Below, piece by piece: positions 46,475 through 61,941 of a stretch of 64,000 nucleotides of DNA; position 1 is the first letter of the stretch, and each line of letters starts with the position of its first letter. Below the pieces are notes generated by a model. That model was not told the origin of the DNA and searched no databases. It saw only the letters and a program-made list of their open reading frames with translations. The stretch lies in assembly GCF_009914755.1 (NCBI RefSeq), contig NC_060934.1. One strand, 5' to 3'. The DNA is from the human T2T-CHM13v2.0 reference genome, Homo sapiens. The position numbers and the translations under genes are program-made.

Positions 46475-46865
46475 TCATGGTTTAGGGCATGGGCAGATTC
46501 AGGTTTGAATGCTGGCAAAATGACTTGCTAGCTGTGTGAGCTGGGGGAAATTTACTTACTCTGAGCTGTTTCCTTGTAAGATAAGATTATCTCAAAGGTC
46601 CTATAAAGACCAAAACTTTAATGACTCTTACCTACAGCAGGCTAAAGAACCTGGCAATTCTCCTCTTTAAAGGAAAAAATAATTTAGTACTCAAAGGGGT
46701 TTTATATAGCCTTATGGATTGAAAAAGAACAACTGAATGAATAAACTGCTACAATAGATGGCACTTATCCCCATGGAGACTCATTCACATCCATGTCCCC
46801 TTGGCTGACCTGTATCCATGTGGTGAAGTCCGTTGTGGTTGTTACAGTGATTATTTAACATGTAA

Positions 46866-47162
<297 letters not shown>

Positions 47163-48086
47163 AGGACTCATCTTTATTAGAAATTGATCAAGATCACTCT
47201 ACACTGGTCAGTCAAGATAAGCATTTGTCTCCTAACTCCCTAAAACTGTTTTGCTCAAAGTCAAAAGTCTACCTGATATCAACATGGCAAATGAATCTTT
47301 TCCCACTTAAAATATGTCTTTGTCACCTGATTTTGAAATACAGCAACAAATGCCTATAAGAATTGTGACTACAGGAGTCACCTGTTTTGGGAAGTTTAAA
47401 AAGCTGAATGTTTTTCAACATTTTTATTCTTTACTATGCCTGGAAGAAAAACTTTGATGGAAAAATAGTTACTATTTCAATGTACTGGCACTCAGTCACC
47501 CTGAGACCCTTGCAGGCCTTTGTCGGAGAACTGGGCCAAGGCGTCTCCCCTGGGGAGCAGGCAAGTAAGGGTTTCTTGCTTGGTTCCCAGCTAACAAGCT
47601 CAACATCCCTGAGACCCTCTAAAGTTAAACATGGGTGAGAGCAGTGATGATGGGACAGTAAGAGAGTGAGGTTTGGGACCATGGATCCCACACAACCACG
47701 GCGTATGCAGCACTGACTCTCGATCCTTTTATGGAGCTCTGGATTTATGAAGTATCATTTATTCTAATAACCATATGTGCTAAGCCAAATAAGGGTTATC
47801 TTCCCATTTTTCAGATGAAGATACTGTCTTGTCCACACAGGAAGCAGGAGAGCCAATACTAAGAAGCCAGTACACGAGTCGCTTCACTTTTTTAGGGAGC
47901 TTGTGGGTGAAAATACTGGCATCTCCTGCAATGGGCATTTCCCCTGGCCTCGCAGTACGACAGCCCCCCACGCTAAGGAACAGTAGCCACGGGACATTTA
48001 TTGGTTCCTCTGTTGCTACCAGGGGCAAGCTGGAGAGGCCCCAGTGACTTGGGAAGGAGCGCGTTCCTAAAGGGCGGGGGATCTTA

Positions 48087-48284
<198 letters not shown>

Positions 48285-48519
48285 TTAACCAGAAAGTTCT
48301 GTACAGATCACACAACTGGTTGACTCCATTTCGATTCTTATGAATTGACTTTGAAAATTTTGAAAATTCTGTGATTTGTTTTTCAAAATCGTTTCTTTGA
48401 GAAAAGTGGCATACATATATTTGCTCTTATGAGCCCATAAACACTCAATTTTCTTAAACTGTGATTTTGGCTTTGGCATGTGGTTTAAATTGAAGAGATC
48501 AAACTTTCTAGTCTTCTTT

Positions 48520-48521
<2 letters not shown>

Positions 48522-48554
<33 letters not shown>

Positions 48555-48821
48555 GATGGGATCTCACTCTGTCACCCAAGCAGGAGTGCAGTAGTGCAAT
48601 CATGGCTCACTGCAGCCTTGAACTCCTGGGTTCAAGTGATCCTCCCACCTCAGTCTCCCGAGTAACCGGGATTACAAGCACAGGCCACCATGCCTGGCTA
48701 ATTTTTTTTTTTTTTTTTTTTTTGGTAGAGATGGGGTTTCCCTATGTTGTCCTGGCCTCAAGCAATCCTGCCTCAGCCTCCCAAAGTGCTGAGATTACAG
48801 GTGTAAGCCACTAAACCCAGC
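48522..48821 (-). mobile_element. AluJ-like with long poly-T
   Basis: Antisense Alu with TSD-like tctagtctt. Confidence 0.9.
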
Positions 48822-49362
48822 GTCTAGTCTTTATAATGAGGCTTGGTAAATGCTGACATAAGACACCATTTACCTCTCTCCAGAATACACAGAGCAGATA
48901 CAATAAGAATGAGGCTCTTCCAAAAACTAGAAGATGTTAATGCCAAAAATAAATAAATAAATAAAAATTTGCTACAACTCTCAAAAGAGGGAAAGTCCAG
49001 GAGTGCACACCTGTGAGGTGGCCATGTTGATGAATTTTGGGGGGTAGGTATATATTTTAGTTTTACAGCAGGATACAGTATAGCTGATTCCCTTTCTAGT
49101 ACAGGATGACAGTGAAATTTTAAGCCAAGATTAGTTTAAACTAGGTACCAACAGGTCTCCTGCAATCCACAGATGGCAGCCAAACAGGGAACAGAAATGC
49201 CTATCAAAAGAACAAACCCAAAAGCTACTCGCTACTTAAATTGGTTATTAGGTAATGCATTTTACCTTAGTTATTAGGAAATGGCAATTTACCTAAGTTA
49301 ATCATCCCCTATAGAGAACACTTCAATCCTTCTAACTAAATACTTTGGTTAGCACTCCATTT

Positions 49363-49677
<315 letters not shown>

Positions 49678-51945
49678 TTACTGAACGTGTATACCGCATG
49701 GTATAGATCAGGTTTCTGGGATGCTTCAATTTCTCACTGACAATGGTTACCTTACCTTCTAGATCTGGCCTTTTGAAATAAAAGTAGCTGTGCTCAAAAT
49801 ATACAATGGTGCCTCTACATTTATGAAACATCCCAATGGTTTGTCACAGCATCAGCAGTAGGCCCCTTAAGTGATCCTTTTCAGTACTCGCCACCCTCAG
49901 TTCCCCCTCTGTTATGCAACGTTGTGCAACAGGCATAGTCTGAGTGAGGAATGTCTGTTTGAAACAAGTTATTGATTTTCTTTTAGAGTTGAAAGCTAAT
50001 GGTAGACTTTGCCCTGATAATGATTTTCTAAAACAACAGAGTCTGAACATTCATTTGGCGAGCTGTAAGATAACAGGTAGCCTTGTTACCAAAAGAATGG
50101 CTCCTATGGTTGGCTTTGGCCAGCACAGAAAGAAATCAAGCATCATCTATTGTTCTCTTTCTGCAAAGCCAGCACAACCTTACTTGTTGATAAGCAGTAA
50201 TGAAGCAATATACAGGACAAACATTTCAAAGCATATGGGCTTAGTTAGTGAGCATATTAAAAATATCCCGATACAAAAATAATGTGTGAGGAGATTAGGC
50301 TTTACAATACCCCAGTCTCTACTAGGGGCTTTATAACCACACTCACTGGAACAAATGTGTATTCAGAGACCCGCTTCACAACACCGTTCAAATAACACAT
50401 CAGTGAGGCCTTCAGCAAGAAAAACACTTCGCTGAGCGAGTTCTGCTTATGCAAACAATTGTTCATCAACTGCATTAAAAGAGACAGACATTTTCTTCCA
50501 TTACACTTGATGAGGCTGGCCAAAAAGGAAACTGAGCTGTTTTCTTGTCACGGTGAGCAATGGGAAGCTTGAGATAAACCACTGGACAGAAAGAAAACAC
50601 TACACCATTTCCTTTACACCCTCAAAAGAACCACATTTTCCTTTCCTTTTCACTCAGTGTAAACTATATGCATGTGTCAAACAGTCTTGAAAGATCTGGC
50701 ATTCTGCAGCAGGATTTAGTAACCAGCTTTTTAAGCTCGTGCTGTTCTGTGACAAGCTGCTTGTGGAGATGTGAAGGGAAATTGCAAGGTCTTGTAGAAA
50801 TTTCAGGTGTATTTTTAAGTTGTTTCTCCCATAGGCCTGAAAATTTGCTTCTGACAGAGAAAAAAGAAGTTGAAGGACTTGTTTTCTCTGCTGTGTGTTT
50901 TCTGACACTGTTCGCCTCAAACTTTATCAGCTACAAGTATCTAGTTGGATCTGGATACATTCCAATGATGACATTATCAGCATATGGGGTCTGAAAACTT
51001 AAAAGGAGTGAATGAGTTTGGGATCAGCAAACTGACATATTTCATACTATCATGCTCACCAGGAAGAAACATAAACATTGGCTTCACCATTAATAGTTTA
51101 CTCCATTTCTCTTTTTAGAACTTGCAAAAGGGTGGGTTACTAAACAGAATCACTCTTACCTTTAAGATAAAACCCTCTAACAGGTCACATATTTCAAGGA
51201 AGATTGCATACATGACCAGCCCAGAGCAACAACTAAATAAGTTCATCCCGGCAAGTTTGACACTTGACCTGAATAAAAATCACCCCTCTAATTCACAATT
51301 TAAATGAAGACCTCTTAAAAACAAAAACTGGATGAACAGTATTACAATGGCAATCTGGAATTTTACACACTGTGGCTTCAATCCCTATGGCATGAACAAA
51401 ATAATGTATCTGAGTCCAAGCACAAAAATAAAGTGAAGAAAAGAGGTAATTTGTAACCTCACAGAGAAGTGTATGTTTTCAAATAAAATATCATCAACAA
51501 CTGCAGCGACAAAGTAACACCCACATAGGGAAATACCTGCGCAGGCATAACTGTAATAACTCTGGAGATTCACCAGAGAACAAGGCGAAGCTCTGTTCTA
51601 ACAGTGCAAATTACAAATAACCCTGTGATGAAATTGGTTACAAGCAATGACCTTTTAAATAAAAAAAAACCATGGCTGCCAGAGCCATAATAACAATAGA
51701 GATTGTAAGATGGAAATAAACACACGAGTATATATTACACAGGATGCTGGAGAGCCATGATATGTAAATCTCTTCATGGCCTATGTTTAAAACCACAAGT
51801 GAAAAATATGTATTTTTTTTTGTAAGTGGACTACAAAGTACTTGTCTTTCTCATAGATTATAAAGGGATAATAATTCAAGCTTGAGGAAGCTATACAATG
51901 TTGGTATCATTTAGTAGGGTAAAATATAAAAAAATATTTTCCACA

Positions 51946-52231
51946 GTTTTTTTTTTAAACATTTTGTTTTTATTTTAGAGTCAGAATCTTGCTCTGTTGC
52001 CAAGGCTGGAGTACAGTGGCACAATTACAGCTCACTGCAGCCTCAAACTCCTGGGCTCAAGCTGTCCTCAGTAGCCAGGACTACAGGTATGCACCACCAT
52101 GCCTGGTTAATTTTTTTTTTCTTTTTAATTTTTGTAGAGGCAGGGTCTTGCTGTGTTGCCCAGGCTGGTCTTGAACTCCTGCTCTCAAGTGATCCTCCCA
52201 CCTTTGCCTCCCAAAGTGCTGGAGATTACAT
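51946..52231 (-). mobile_element. AluJ-like
   Basis: Antisense Alu with small deletions. Confidence 0.88.
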
Positions 52232-53581
52232 GCTTGTAATGGTCTCATACGGTGTTTTATGAATTAAGTCTTTAAGCATTTCTCTTAATTAAATAAAATC
52301 ATTGCTTCAAAATAAAAATAGAAAAAAATGAAAATACAAAACGAAATATTTAATAGACAGTTAACAGAGTAAAGAACAAACATGAATATCCACAGTACAA
52401 AGTTTCAGTACTAATTAGAACTAGGTAATACTGTAAGACTTTGACAGCTTAATATGCGAGTGTGCTGCCACTTATGAAATAAAATCATTGTTATATTAAC
52501 ATATACATAGAATATTCAATAATTTCAAATAATCTATCACTTTTCTTCTTATAGATAAGGAAAATAGTGTGTAAGTATGTGTGGGTGTGCACGTGTATAT
52601 ATATATCCACACACATATGTAATATTTTTATAAAGGATCACTTTGAGCAGATTTTCTCCTTAAATTATGAATGATAAAAATCTGCAAAATTTTGTATGTC
52701 CAAGGGCACATATAGAAAACAAAAAGTAAAATACAAAACATTCAGGCACTTTGGATGAAAACCTGTGATGAAGATGATGGTGAGAATGATGCTGATGACA
52801 AAAAGACTAATGGCATTCCCTTGAGATTCACAATCCTTACTTTAGCAATTCACATGAGCTGTGACCCTAATAGGAATTCCATATTCTGATAAGAGTAGCA
52901 ATTTAAAGATTTGGTAGGGAGCAGAAATCATTTTTATGCCATTAAATCATGTGAAGAGTGTCAACTGTTGACTCTGTTGAAAAGTGGCCAGTGCTAATAT
53001 TGGTAATTATTTTCTTCAGTAGACTTATGTACAACCTTTAATCAAAACAACGTTAACTTTTGTCTACCCATCGTGCCTTCCCAGCCTTCCGCACCCACCC
53101 ACACATGCCATAATTATGTAACTATTGACTGAACTCTTGTGGGTCTTGAATGTTGAAAAGCTTAATTGCTCCTAAGGATGTGAGTAATGGCTGAAAAGAC
53201 TGCAAAGCACACCCGTTTCCCTCATGAAGTTTTTAGAAATGAATGTTTTGGTCTTAATTGTATTTGTCTTCACCTCATCTTTCACACCAGTGCTTAGATC
53301 TTTTATCCCCGCCCCCATCTTAAGCAATAGGAACACTGAAAATAAAAAGGTTGCTCTACAAAACAAGCCAGGCACTTTAGTATCTGGGCTAATGGCAACC
53401 CAAGGTAGCTTCAGGAGTTCCTACCACACAGGGCTTCTGAGCATAGCATGGCCATGAGTCACAGAGCCTTTGGCTGAGGGACAGGTCACAGGGCAGAATA
53501 AAGTGCTGACTTTGCGACAGTACAGAGGCTCTCTCCATGTGTGATGGGCACCTCTCTGCAGATGGCTTATCTCCAGGTCTA

Positions 53582-53882
53582 TTTCTTTCTTTTTTTTTTT
53601 TTGAGACGGAGTCTTGCTCTTGTCGCCAAGTTAGAGTGCAATGGCGTGATCTTGGCTCACTGCCACCTTAGCCTCCTGGGTTCAAGTGATTCTCCTGCCT
53701 CAGCCTCCTGAGTAGCTGGGATTACAGGCACCTGCCACCACGCCCGGCTAATTTTTGTATTTTTAGTAGAGACGGGGTTTCACCATGTTGGCCAGGCTGG
53801 TCTTGAACTCCTGACCTCGGGATCCACCCACCTGGGCCTCCCAAAGTGCTGGGATTATAGGAGTGAGCCACCGTGCCCGGCC
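53582..53882 (-). mobile_element. AluS
   Basis: Antisense dimer with 16-bp TSD ctccaggtctatttct. Confidence 0.95.
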
Positions 53883-56710
53883 CTCCAGGTCTATTTCTAT
53901 GCGAGGTGATTTCCACCCAACTAGAGCTAGGGTCATACTCATTTCAAGGCTGTCAACTAAGGCAGCATTTTTTGAGTCAAGGCATGGAGGCCGCTAGGAG
54001 AAAATGAGAGCAGATACTTTTTAAGTCTTAAAAAAGATGGAAACGAAAGGAAAACCACCATTTTCTGAAATTGCCCAGGCACAGGGAGGCAATCTAGTGG
54101 TACAGAGTGGCTGTGTGCTATGACTGCCTTGCCAATTAAAGCAGGCAGAGCCCTAAGAGGGCAGGGAGAGCTATTAAAGTCTGAAACAGGAAAAGGGAGA
54201 AAAGGACAGATTTTGTTATTCATTGAATGACGGACAGCTAGGAAACAAGCAAGCTTGAGGGAGAAGAGGATATTCACATTGCAGAGTATCAATTTTCTAC
54301 CTGAAGGACTAAACTACTTTCAGTCACTCCCAACCTGGGATGGAAAGGATTTAGCAATACAGCTATTATTAAAGGCTCCATTATCCCATCTATCAGTCGT
54401 CTCAGCCAGCAAGTCTCCTTGTTGGCAACACTCAGGTATCTGCAAAGTTTTTACGGCATACTGTACTTACGTCTGCAGCCTGCAATTTAGTTCTTTTAAA
54501 AGCAACACTAAGTCCTGTCCATATCGAAGCTCTGTGATAATAACCCTAACCTCACCTATTGTTCCATTATCTTAAGAAAGATTTAAAGCAACTTGCTGCT
54601 TTATTTATGTTGCACCTGGCACTACGTGAGGAAGAAGTTGCCTTTTCTTCTTCTCTTGCTCAACTTGGGAGAGAATTCACTTCAATTATGGAGCTAAGGA
54701 AATTTTCTGGGCCTCTGCTCATCTAAAGACCTTTTGTGCCACAAATCAGCTCCCTCAGGCCCAGACATTATTTTGAACAAAGGCCCAGGAACAGGTGCAT
54801 TCTGTACTGCTAGAGCTTATAGAGAACATTTTCAAAATAGGTAGATTGAAAGGGCTACTTGGATGAATTTTCCGCAGCATCCTGCTCTGTATGTAAAGTA
54901 ATTGGCTTACATATTTTTCTCTGTGACACATCTGGCTGCACTTTGTGTGTGGGCATTTCTAACAAGCATGACAATTTCAACTAATATGGGCTCAGTTGTA
55001 CACACAGCTTGAAGGTGAGTTTGTGGTTCCTTAAAACTAAAATGATTACAAACCATTCCAAAGAATGAGATCATGGTCCCATCCCTTCCAAATACAGTGA
55101 CCCTTCAAGGTCAGAATACATAAGAGAAGAGAAGGATTCCAAGATGCAAAAAGCTCATTTTGTAAAACAGATAATTAAAACCATAGACCAAGCTACATTT
55201 TAAACAACTGAGCAGCTCTTCCTAAGGTAACCATAAGAATTGGTATGAAAATTAATACACTAAGTAGAATTCCAGTCACTTTAAGCTCATTTACATGATC
55301 AGTAAAATAGAGCAAGATCTCAGTTTCTTGAAAATGAAAAAAAAAAAAAAAAGAAAAGGTCAACTTGTGACCCATAATTTAGGAAATGATTCCATTTCTA
55401 AGGTAATCAGCCTGTCATCCAAATAATTCCCTGCTCACTCATTACCGGAAATGCTAATACAAGCCAAGTTGTCTGTCTGAAGTTGCTATGGCATTTTGAT
55501 ATATAATAATGTGGTCCATGACCTTCAGTAGTTGAGTTTCCAAATGTACAAGATTTTTTCAAACATTTTCCCTAACATGATTGTTCATATTAAGTAGATA
55601 ACATAGAAATGCATTCCAGCCTATTCACTGTTCCCATTCAAAGTTAAAATCTTATAAAGAAACCAAAATGAATTTCAAATCATTTTCACTTTTCCCAATG
55701 AAAAACATCTAGATACTAAGACGTAGGAAATACTCATTTAGCCTCAAACAAACCTGGAGGTCTCGCATGTGGATACAATGTCAGAAACCAGAAATAAACT
55801 CATCAATCTGAGTTCTCAAAGACATATGTCTGCTTCTCTGTTATATATTTAAAATATATTCCAATTTCAAAGAGGGGTTCTTTCAAGCCTTTTCTGACCA
55901 CCGCACACTGATGTGGTCCTCACAGCTCCGTGGTTCTCAACACCCCATGCACACCCCTAGCCTACCTCTGCTATATGGTACCAAGTATTCCTTTATTTTT
56001 TATCAGTTCTACTGGAGAGTTCTGAGGGCATTTTTTCTTTTCGATCTTTGTTCTCCCATACCAACCACAATGCCTGGGACATAGTAAGAACTCAATGAAT
56101 TTGATGAATTAAATAATTAGTTAAAGAGTAAATGTCAAGATGCTGGTTTGGAATCCACATTCCCAGGCAAAGTCAAATGGCGAACACTGCTCCTCATGGC
56201 ATGGTATGGAGAATGATAAGCTCAGGCGGGGCTGTGCCAGGTTGGAACTGTGTGCATGTGTGTTAACTATTTCCATATTCAGCTGCTGTTTTCTCCTTCA
56301 GCTTGACACCATGCTCATTACTCTTTTCAGCCTCTTTGTGTAAATATACATAGTTAAGAATTTATCACACATCACAAAAGAATCCTGTTTCAAGAAATGT
56401 AGTAGGAATGGATTGAGTCAATTATGCCAAACAATATAAGCAGATTAACATAATTCTGTCATGTTGCTACATGGGAATGACTCAATGTACTTGATCATCT
56501 AGGAAAATGAACTAAATACCTTAGAAAAATGCCATTAATAGTAATATTGTTGCAGAAGACAATTAGAGATTTTCCAGGGAACTTGTTTTATAACCTCCCA
56601 AAGTTAGGCAAGAATTGATTTCATGAGGTGCTTTTACACCTGGATGCTGATCCCACATTGCCAGTTGCCCCATCTTCCTCACCTGAACTAAGTTAAAGCT
56701 CTTCAAACTA

Positions 56711-57155
56711 CAGTTGACCCTTGAACACCATGAGTTTGAACTTTGAGGGTCCACTGATACACAGAGTTTCTTCCACCTCTGCCACTCTGAGACAAGACTT
56801 ACTCCTTTCTCCTCCTCCCCTGCCTATTCAATCTGAAGACAATGGAGAAGATCTTTATGATGATCCACTTCCATTTAAAGAAAAGGAAATGTATGTTCTC
56901 TTCTTTATGATTTTCTTAATAACATCTTCTTTCTAGTTTATATTACTGTAAGAATACAGCATATAATACATAAAATGTACAGAGTGTGTGTTAATCAACT
57001 GTCTATGTTACTGGTAAGGTTTCTGTTCAACAGTGCGATATTAGTGCAGTAGTTAAGTTTTCGGGAAGTCAGAAGTTGCATGGGGATTTCTGATTGTGTG
57101 TGTGAGGAGGAAGGGGGATGGTCCTCCAACCCCCATGTTGTTTAAGGGCCAACGG
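56711..57155 (+). mobile_element. Tigger2a/MER28-like (TcMar) DNA transposon
   Basis: Terminal inverted repeats cagttgacccttgaaca / tgtttaagggccaacgg, flanked by TA on both sides. Confidence 0.88.
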
Positions 57156-57345
57156 TAGTACTGCTTCTCCCATTTTTTCCTCTTTGCCTTTGCTCCACAA
57201 AATTAATCTTCCTCAAACCCTAATTTGGTCACTAAATCCCTTAATGAGCAGCATTTATAGGTTTCTTGCTTTATGTAGAGTAATATATTGTGAGTATTGG
57301 GTTTCAGGACCAAAAAGGACCTCAGAGATCGTCTAGACTTTAGAA

Positions 57346-57534
57346 CAGTGATTCTCAAAGTTGAACTTGTTTCAGAATGAGTTGGAAGGCTCATTAAAAA
57401 CCAGATTCCTGGGCCCCACCCGTAGAGGTTTACATCTAGTAGGGTCAATGCAGGGACCAAGAATACGTATTCCTAACAAGTTTCTAGGTGATGCTAAAGG
57501 TGCTGTTCTGTGGACCACACTTTGAGAAGCTCTG
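57346..57534. mobile_element. MER5A (hAT-Charlie)
   Basis: cagtgattctcaaagt...cagattcctgggccccaccc...ggaccacactttgagaagctctg. Confidence 0.85.
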
Positions 57535-57650
57535 ATCTTCAGCAGCAGCTAACAGGATCCAGCCTCTGTAGTCAACTAGAGGGGTTCTACTTGCATCTGC
57601 TTTACATTTAGCTTCTTCTTAAACTTTCATTTCATCCAAGGGTTTAGTAA

Positions 57651-57970
<320 letters not shown>

Positions 57971-58225
57971 TGCAATCATTTATTCTAATCTTGGTTGAGA
58001 GATAAGAAAACTGAGGCCGGAAGAGCCAGGCCACCTGGCTACTGGGCCAGTGTTCTTTCCTAGCACTATTTCTCTTCAAACTTTCAATCTAGCATTGAAG
58101 GCTCTTCCTACATTTCTACCTTTAATCTCCCCTTCCCTTCAACATAACCAACCTCTCAGCTGGGTAGTTTACCCTTCCTCAAATCAAATGTTCCTTTTTT
58201 TTTTTTTTTTTGTAATGTCAAGCCT

Positions 58226-58496
58226 CTTTTTTTTTTTTTTTTTTTTGAGCCAGGGTCTCACTGCAGTCCCAACCTCCCAGGTTCAAACAATCCTCCCAAC
58301 TCAGCCTCCTGAGTAGCTGGGACCACAGGCATGTGCCACCACATCCGGGTAATTAAAAACTTTTTTTTTTTTTTTTTTGTAGAGATGGGGTCTCCCTATG
58401 TTGCCCAAGCTGGTCTCAAACTCCTGGGCTCGAGCAATGCTCCTGCCTTGGCCTCCCAAAGTGTTGGGGTGATGGTATGAGCCACCATGCCTGGCC
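58226..58496 (-). mobile_element. AluJ-like with deletion
   Basis: Antisense Alu. Confidence 0.88.
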
Positions 58497-59306
58497 TCCA
58501 GCCTTTTATAACACCATTCTTCCTTCTGTCCTACTCTTCCAAATATCTAGTAAATGATATTCCCAACACTTTGTCTGAACTGAACTTGTCAACTTTATGG
58601 ACACTAATCTCCGCTCTACTTCTGTAACTCACGTGCAAAGATGGCAGGCCTTAGACCTCAACATCGTCTGAACTATCGCCTCTACTTCCAAGATCCTAGA
58701 GTCCAAAAAATACACTGTTTTGACCACAACTTCCTAGGCTTGAGAACCCCTAGATCCTGAGCCCTCTTGCACACTGCTAGGCTGTGAGGCTAATCCTTCC
58801 TTGAGCTATACTTGCCACCCCACCTGGACCACACGATGCTTCCCCAGTATCCTTGGTAGGACTCCAGCACCTGCCTTGGCTTTCTGCCATGTCTATCTTC
58901 CAACCCCCACTAAAGAATTAATCCACAAATTTATTCCTTCTATTCCCAGTCTTCTAAGCATTGCCGGTTAGGTCAAATTACCATGCTGCCTGGACTTCCT
59001 AATACCCCATGCTAGAGTTTCCTACCTTAAGCAGCTTATTTATTCACCTCTAACAGACTCACTCTCAAGTCTCCCAAAGAAATTCTTCAAACTCCCCATC
59101 ATCTCAAAAAATCTGTCCCAACCCCTCCACTCTCAGAAGTGCTGTCATCTCTAGGGTGAGACACAAGATCAGAACACAGTTCTGGCATTGAGAAAGCCAT
59201 CTGAAGTTTTTTCACTCTGGTGGCTATGAGGGGGATGAACTGGAATAAGATGGATTCAACAAACACACATGGGGGGTGCAAAAGATTAAAGAATCAAGAA
59301 TTACTA

Positions 59307-59598
59307 GACCTGGCACAGTGGTTCACAACTGTAATCCTGACACTTTGGGAGACTGAAGAATGAGGATCACTTGAGCCTAGGAATTCGAGACCAGCCTGGC
59401 CAACATAGTGAGACTCAGTCTCTACAAAAAACTAAAAAATTAGCCAGGTGTGGTGGCACTTGCCTATAGTCCAGCTACTCTGGTGGCTGAGGTAGGAGGA
59501 CTGCCTAAGCCTAGGAGTTTGGGGCTGCAGTAAGCTATGATCGCACCACCGCACTCCAGCCTGTGTGACAAAGCGAGACCTCATCTCTTTAAAAAAAA
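59307..59598 (+). mobile_element. AluJ-like
   Basis: Full dimer with TSD aagaattacta. Confidence 0.92.
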
Positions 59599-59906
59599 GA
59601 ATTACTAAACACTGTACTTTGTACATTACAGGCACAATGGAGAAGTGCTGAACAAATTAATTTTGGCTCTGATTCTGAGAATATGTATCTACAGAAAAAT
59701 ATTTACTAAATTTAAAAAATGCTTAGTTGAGAGTGAGAATACTTTTGCTATGTCTTGTCATAAGGCTAGTGAAACCTATTAGGCAATGGACAGATGGTGG
59801 AACAAGATATAAAATGAAATTAGCAATGATGAAACCCAGATGGAAATGAGGAAAAGGTCAATATGTTAAAGGTCAAAGGAATTTGGCTCCATCTTGTCTC
59901 GTTTCA

Positions 59907-60173
<267 letters not shown>

Positions 60174-61187
60174 CTAGCAAAACATGGCAACTTGCTGTGA
60201 AATGACACCATTTAAGAGAAAGTGAATTTTTAAAACAATATGTGGGCATTTAAAATATGTTTTCATTTTGGTTTTAGGATTAAGGCTTATTGAGGTATTT
60301 TAGACAGATATTTGAGAGGGTAAACAATATTTTTAGATATTCTTTTTTTTTTGCACTGTTCTTTAAAAGTTTCATTTCCTTTCTGTAATCTGGCAAGGTG
60401 TTGGCAGGGAAGTTTTTTTGGAAAGGACATTGCATTAAAAGTCAGAAACAACAGGGTCTGGTCCTAGCTTCTGTACCTTCTTAGACTAACGTACTTAATG
60501 TTTCTAAGCTGAAGTTTTTTAAATATATGAAGTAGAGATAATAATTTTACTCTAAATATCTGAGTTGTAATAATCAAGTGAGAGGACACCATGAAATATA
60601 GCTGCACAAATGCACAGCAATATTTTCATAATACGAGGTTCCTATTTATGAGTCATCAGAGGTCTATAAATAAAATGCAATTCTCACAGCAAAAATGAAA
60701 AACATTTTAAAAATAAGTTCAAGTGGTAGTTTGATTTAACCATCTAGTTAATAACAATACGGTCTTCTTTTTGTATAGTATTGAATTTTGTTTTATTCTC
60801 AGAAATACCTTATAAGATAGGTGCAGAAGGTAGTATTTCACACACCCACCCACCCACCCACCTACGCACACGTTTACAAATGTAGTAACTGACATTTAAA
60901 GAAGATAAGTGGTTCATTTGGGGATCTCCCAGCTGGCCAGTGGGGAAAGTGAGACCAAAATCCAGATTTTCTGGCTCCCAGTCCAACCCTCATTTCACTA
61001 TGCCATGCATATCACTTTGTAAAACATGTATCAGGCTCCAAAGCTCTTCATTTGTAAAGTACAAATTTTAAAAAGAGTATTTTCGCCAAGAGTAATAGAG
61101 ATTGATGACCAAAATTAAATCAATCATAAATCTCACAGCACTTTTGGTCTATACCATTCACTAAAGCAGTAAGTTTCATCCTATCAG

Positions 61188-61941
61188 TGACGTGGACGGG
61201 AGACAGGGAAATACTGGGTAGGAGAGGGCGGTTCCTCAGCAAAGGTCCCACCCTCAGAAGTCTGGAAACCCATAACCCTAAATGGGAACAGGCATTCCTG
61301 TTTTTGCACCCAAAAGTTGCCTTTTTGGCCCACCACGCCCCCCTATCCTGCACCCATATAAACTGCAAACCCCAGGCTCCATGAACAGACAAACAGAAGG
61401 GCAGAAGAGTGGCAGAATGGTGCGGCAGAGAAGGGAGACGAGAAGGAGCATCTGAATGTCAAGAGGAGTTTGGCTGGGGATGGCTGGAGAGGAGACTGGG
61501 CCACTGGATGGCCAAACTCCAGGGGAAGATCATCTTCCCACCCCATCCCCTTTCCAGCTTCCCATCCATCCCACTGAGAGCCACCTCCATCACCCAATAA
61601 AATCCCCACATTCACCATCTTACAAGACCCTGTGGGACCTGATTTTTCCTGGATGCCAGACAAGGGCCTGGGTACCAAGGGGGGCACTGGGCTGGTTAAC
61701 ACTTAAGCCATCTGCAGATGGGAGAGCTAAAAGAGCACTGCAACATGCCCACTGGAGCTTCAGGAGCTGCAGGCACCCACACCCAGACACTACCGCGGGG
61801 CTGGAACCCCGGCTCCCGTACCTGTACATCTGCATGCTCCCCCTCCCCTAAGGGGTTTGGGCACACACAGCAGTCAAATAGACAAGCCACACACCCCTGC
61901 TGCATGTCCTGTGAGGGGAGTCAGGGAACTCTCTCATTTCA
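61188..61941 (+). mobile_element. ERV1 solo LTR (LTR1 family), intronic and antisense to PARD3
   Basis: TG...CA ends, exact 4-bp TSD tcag, TATAAA at 61357-61362, AATAAA at 61596-61601. Confidence 0.88.
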
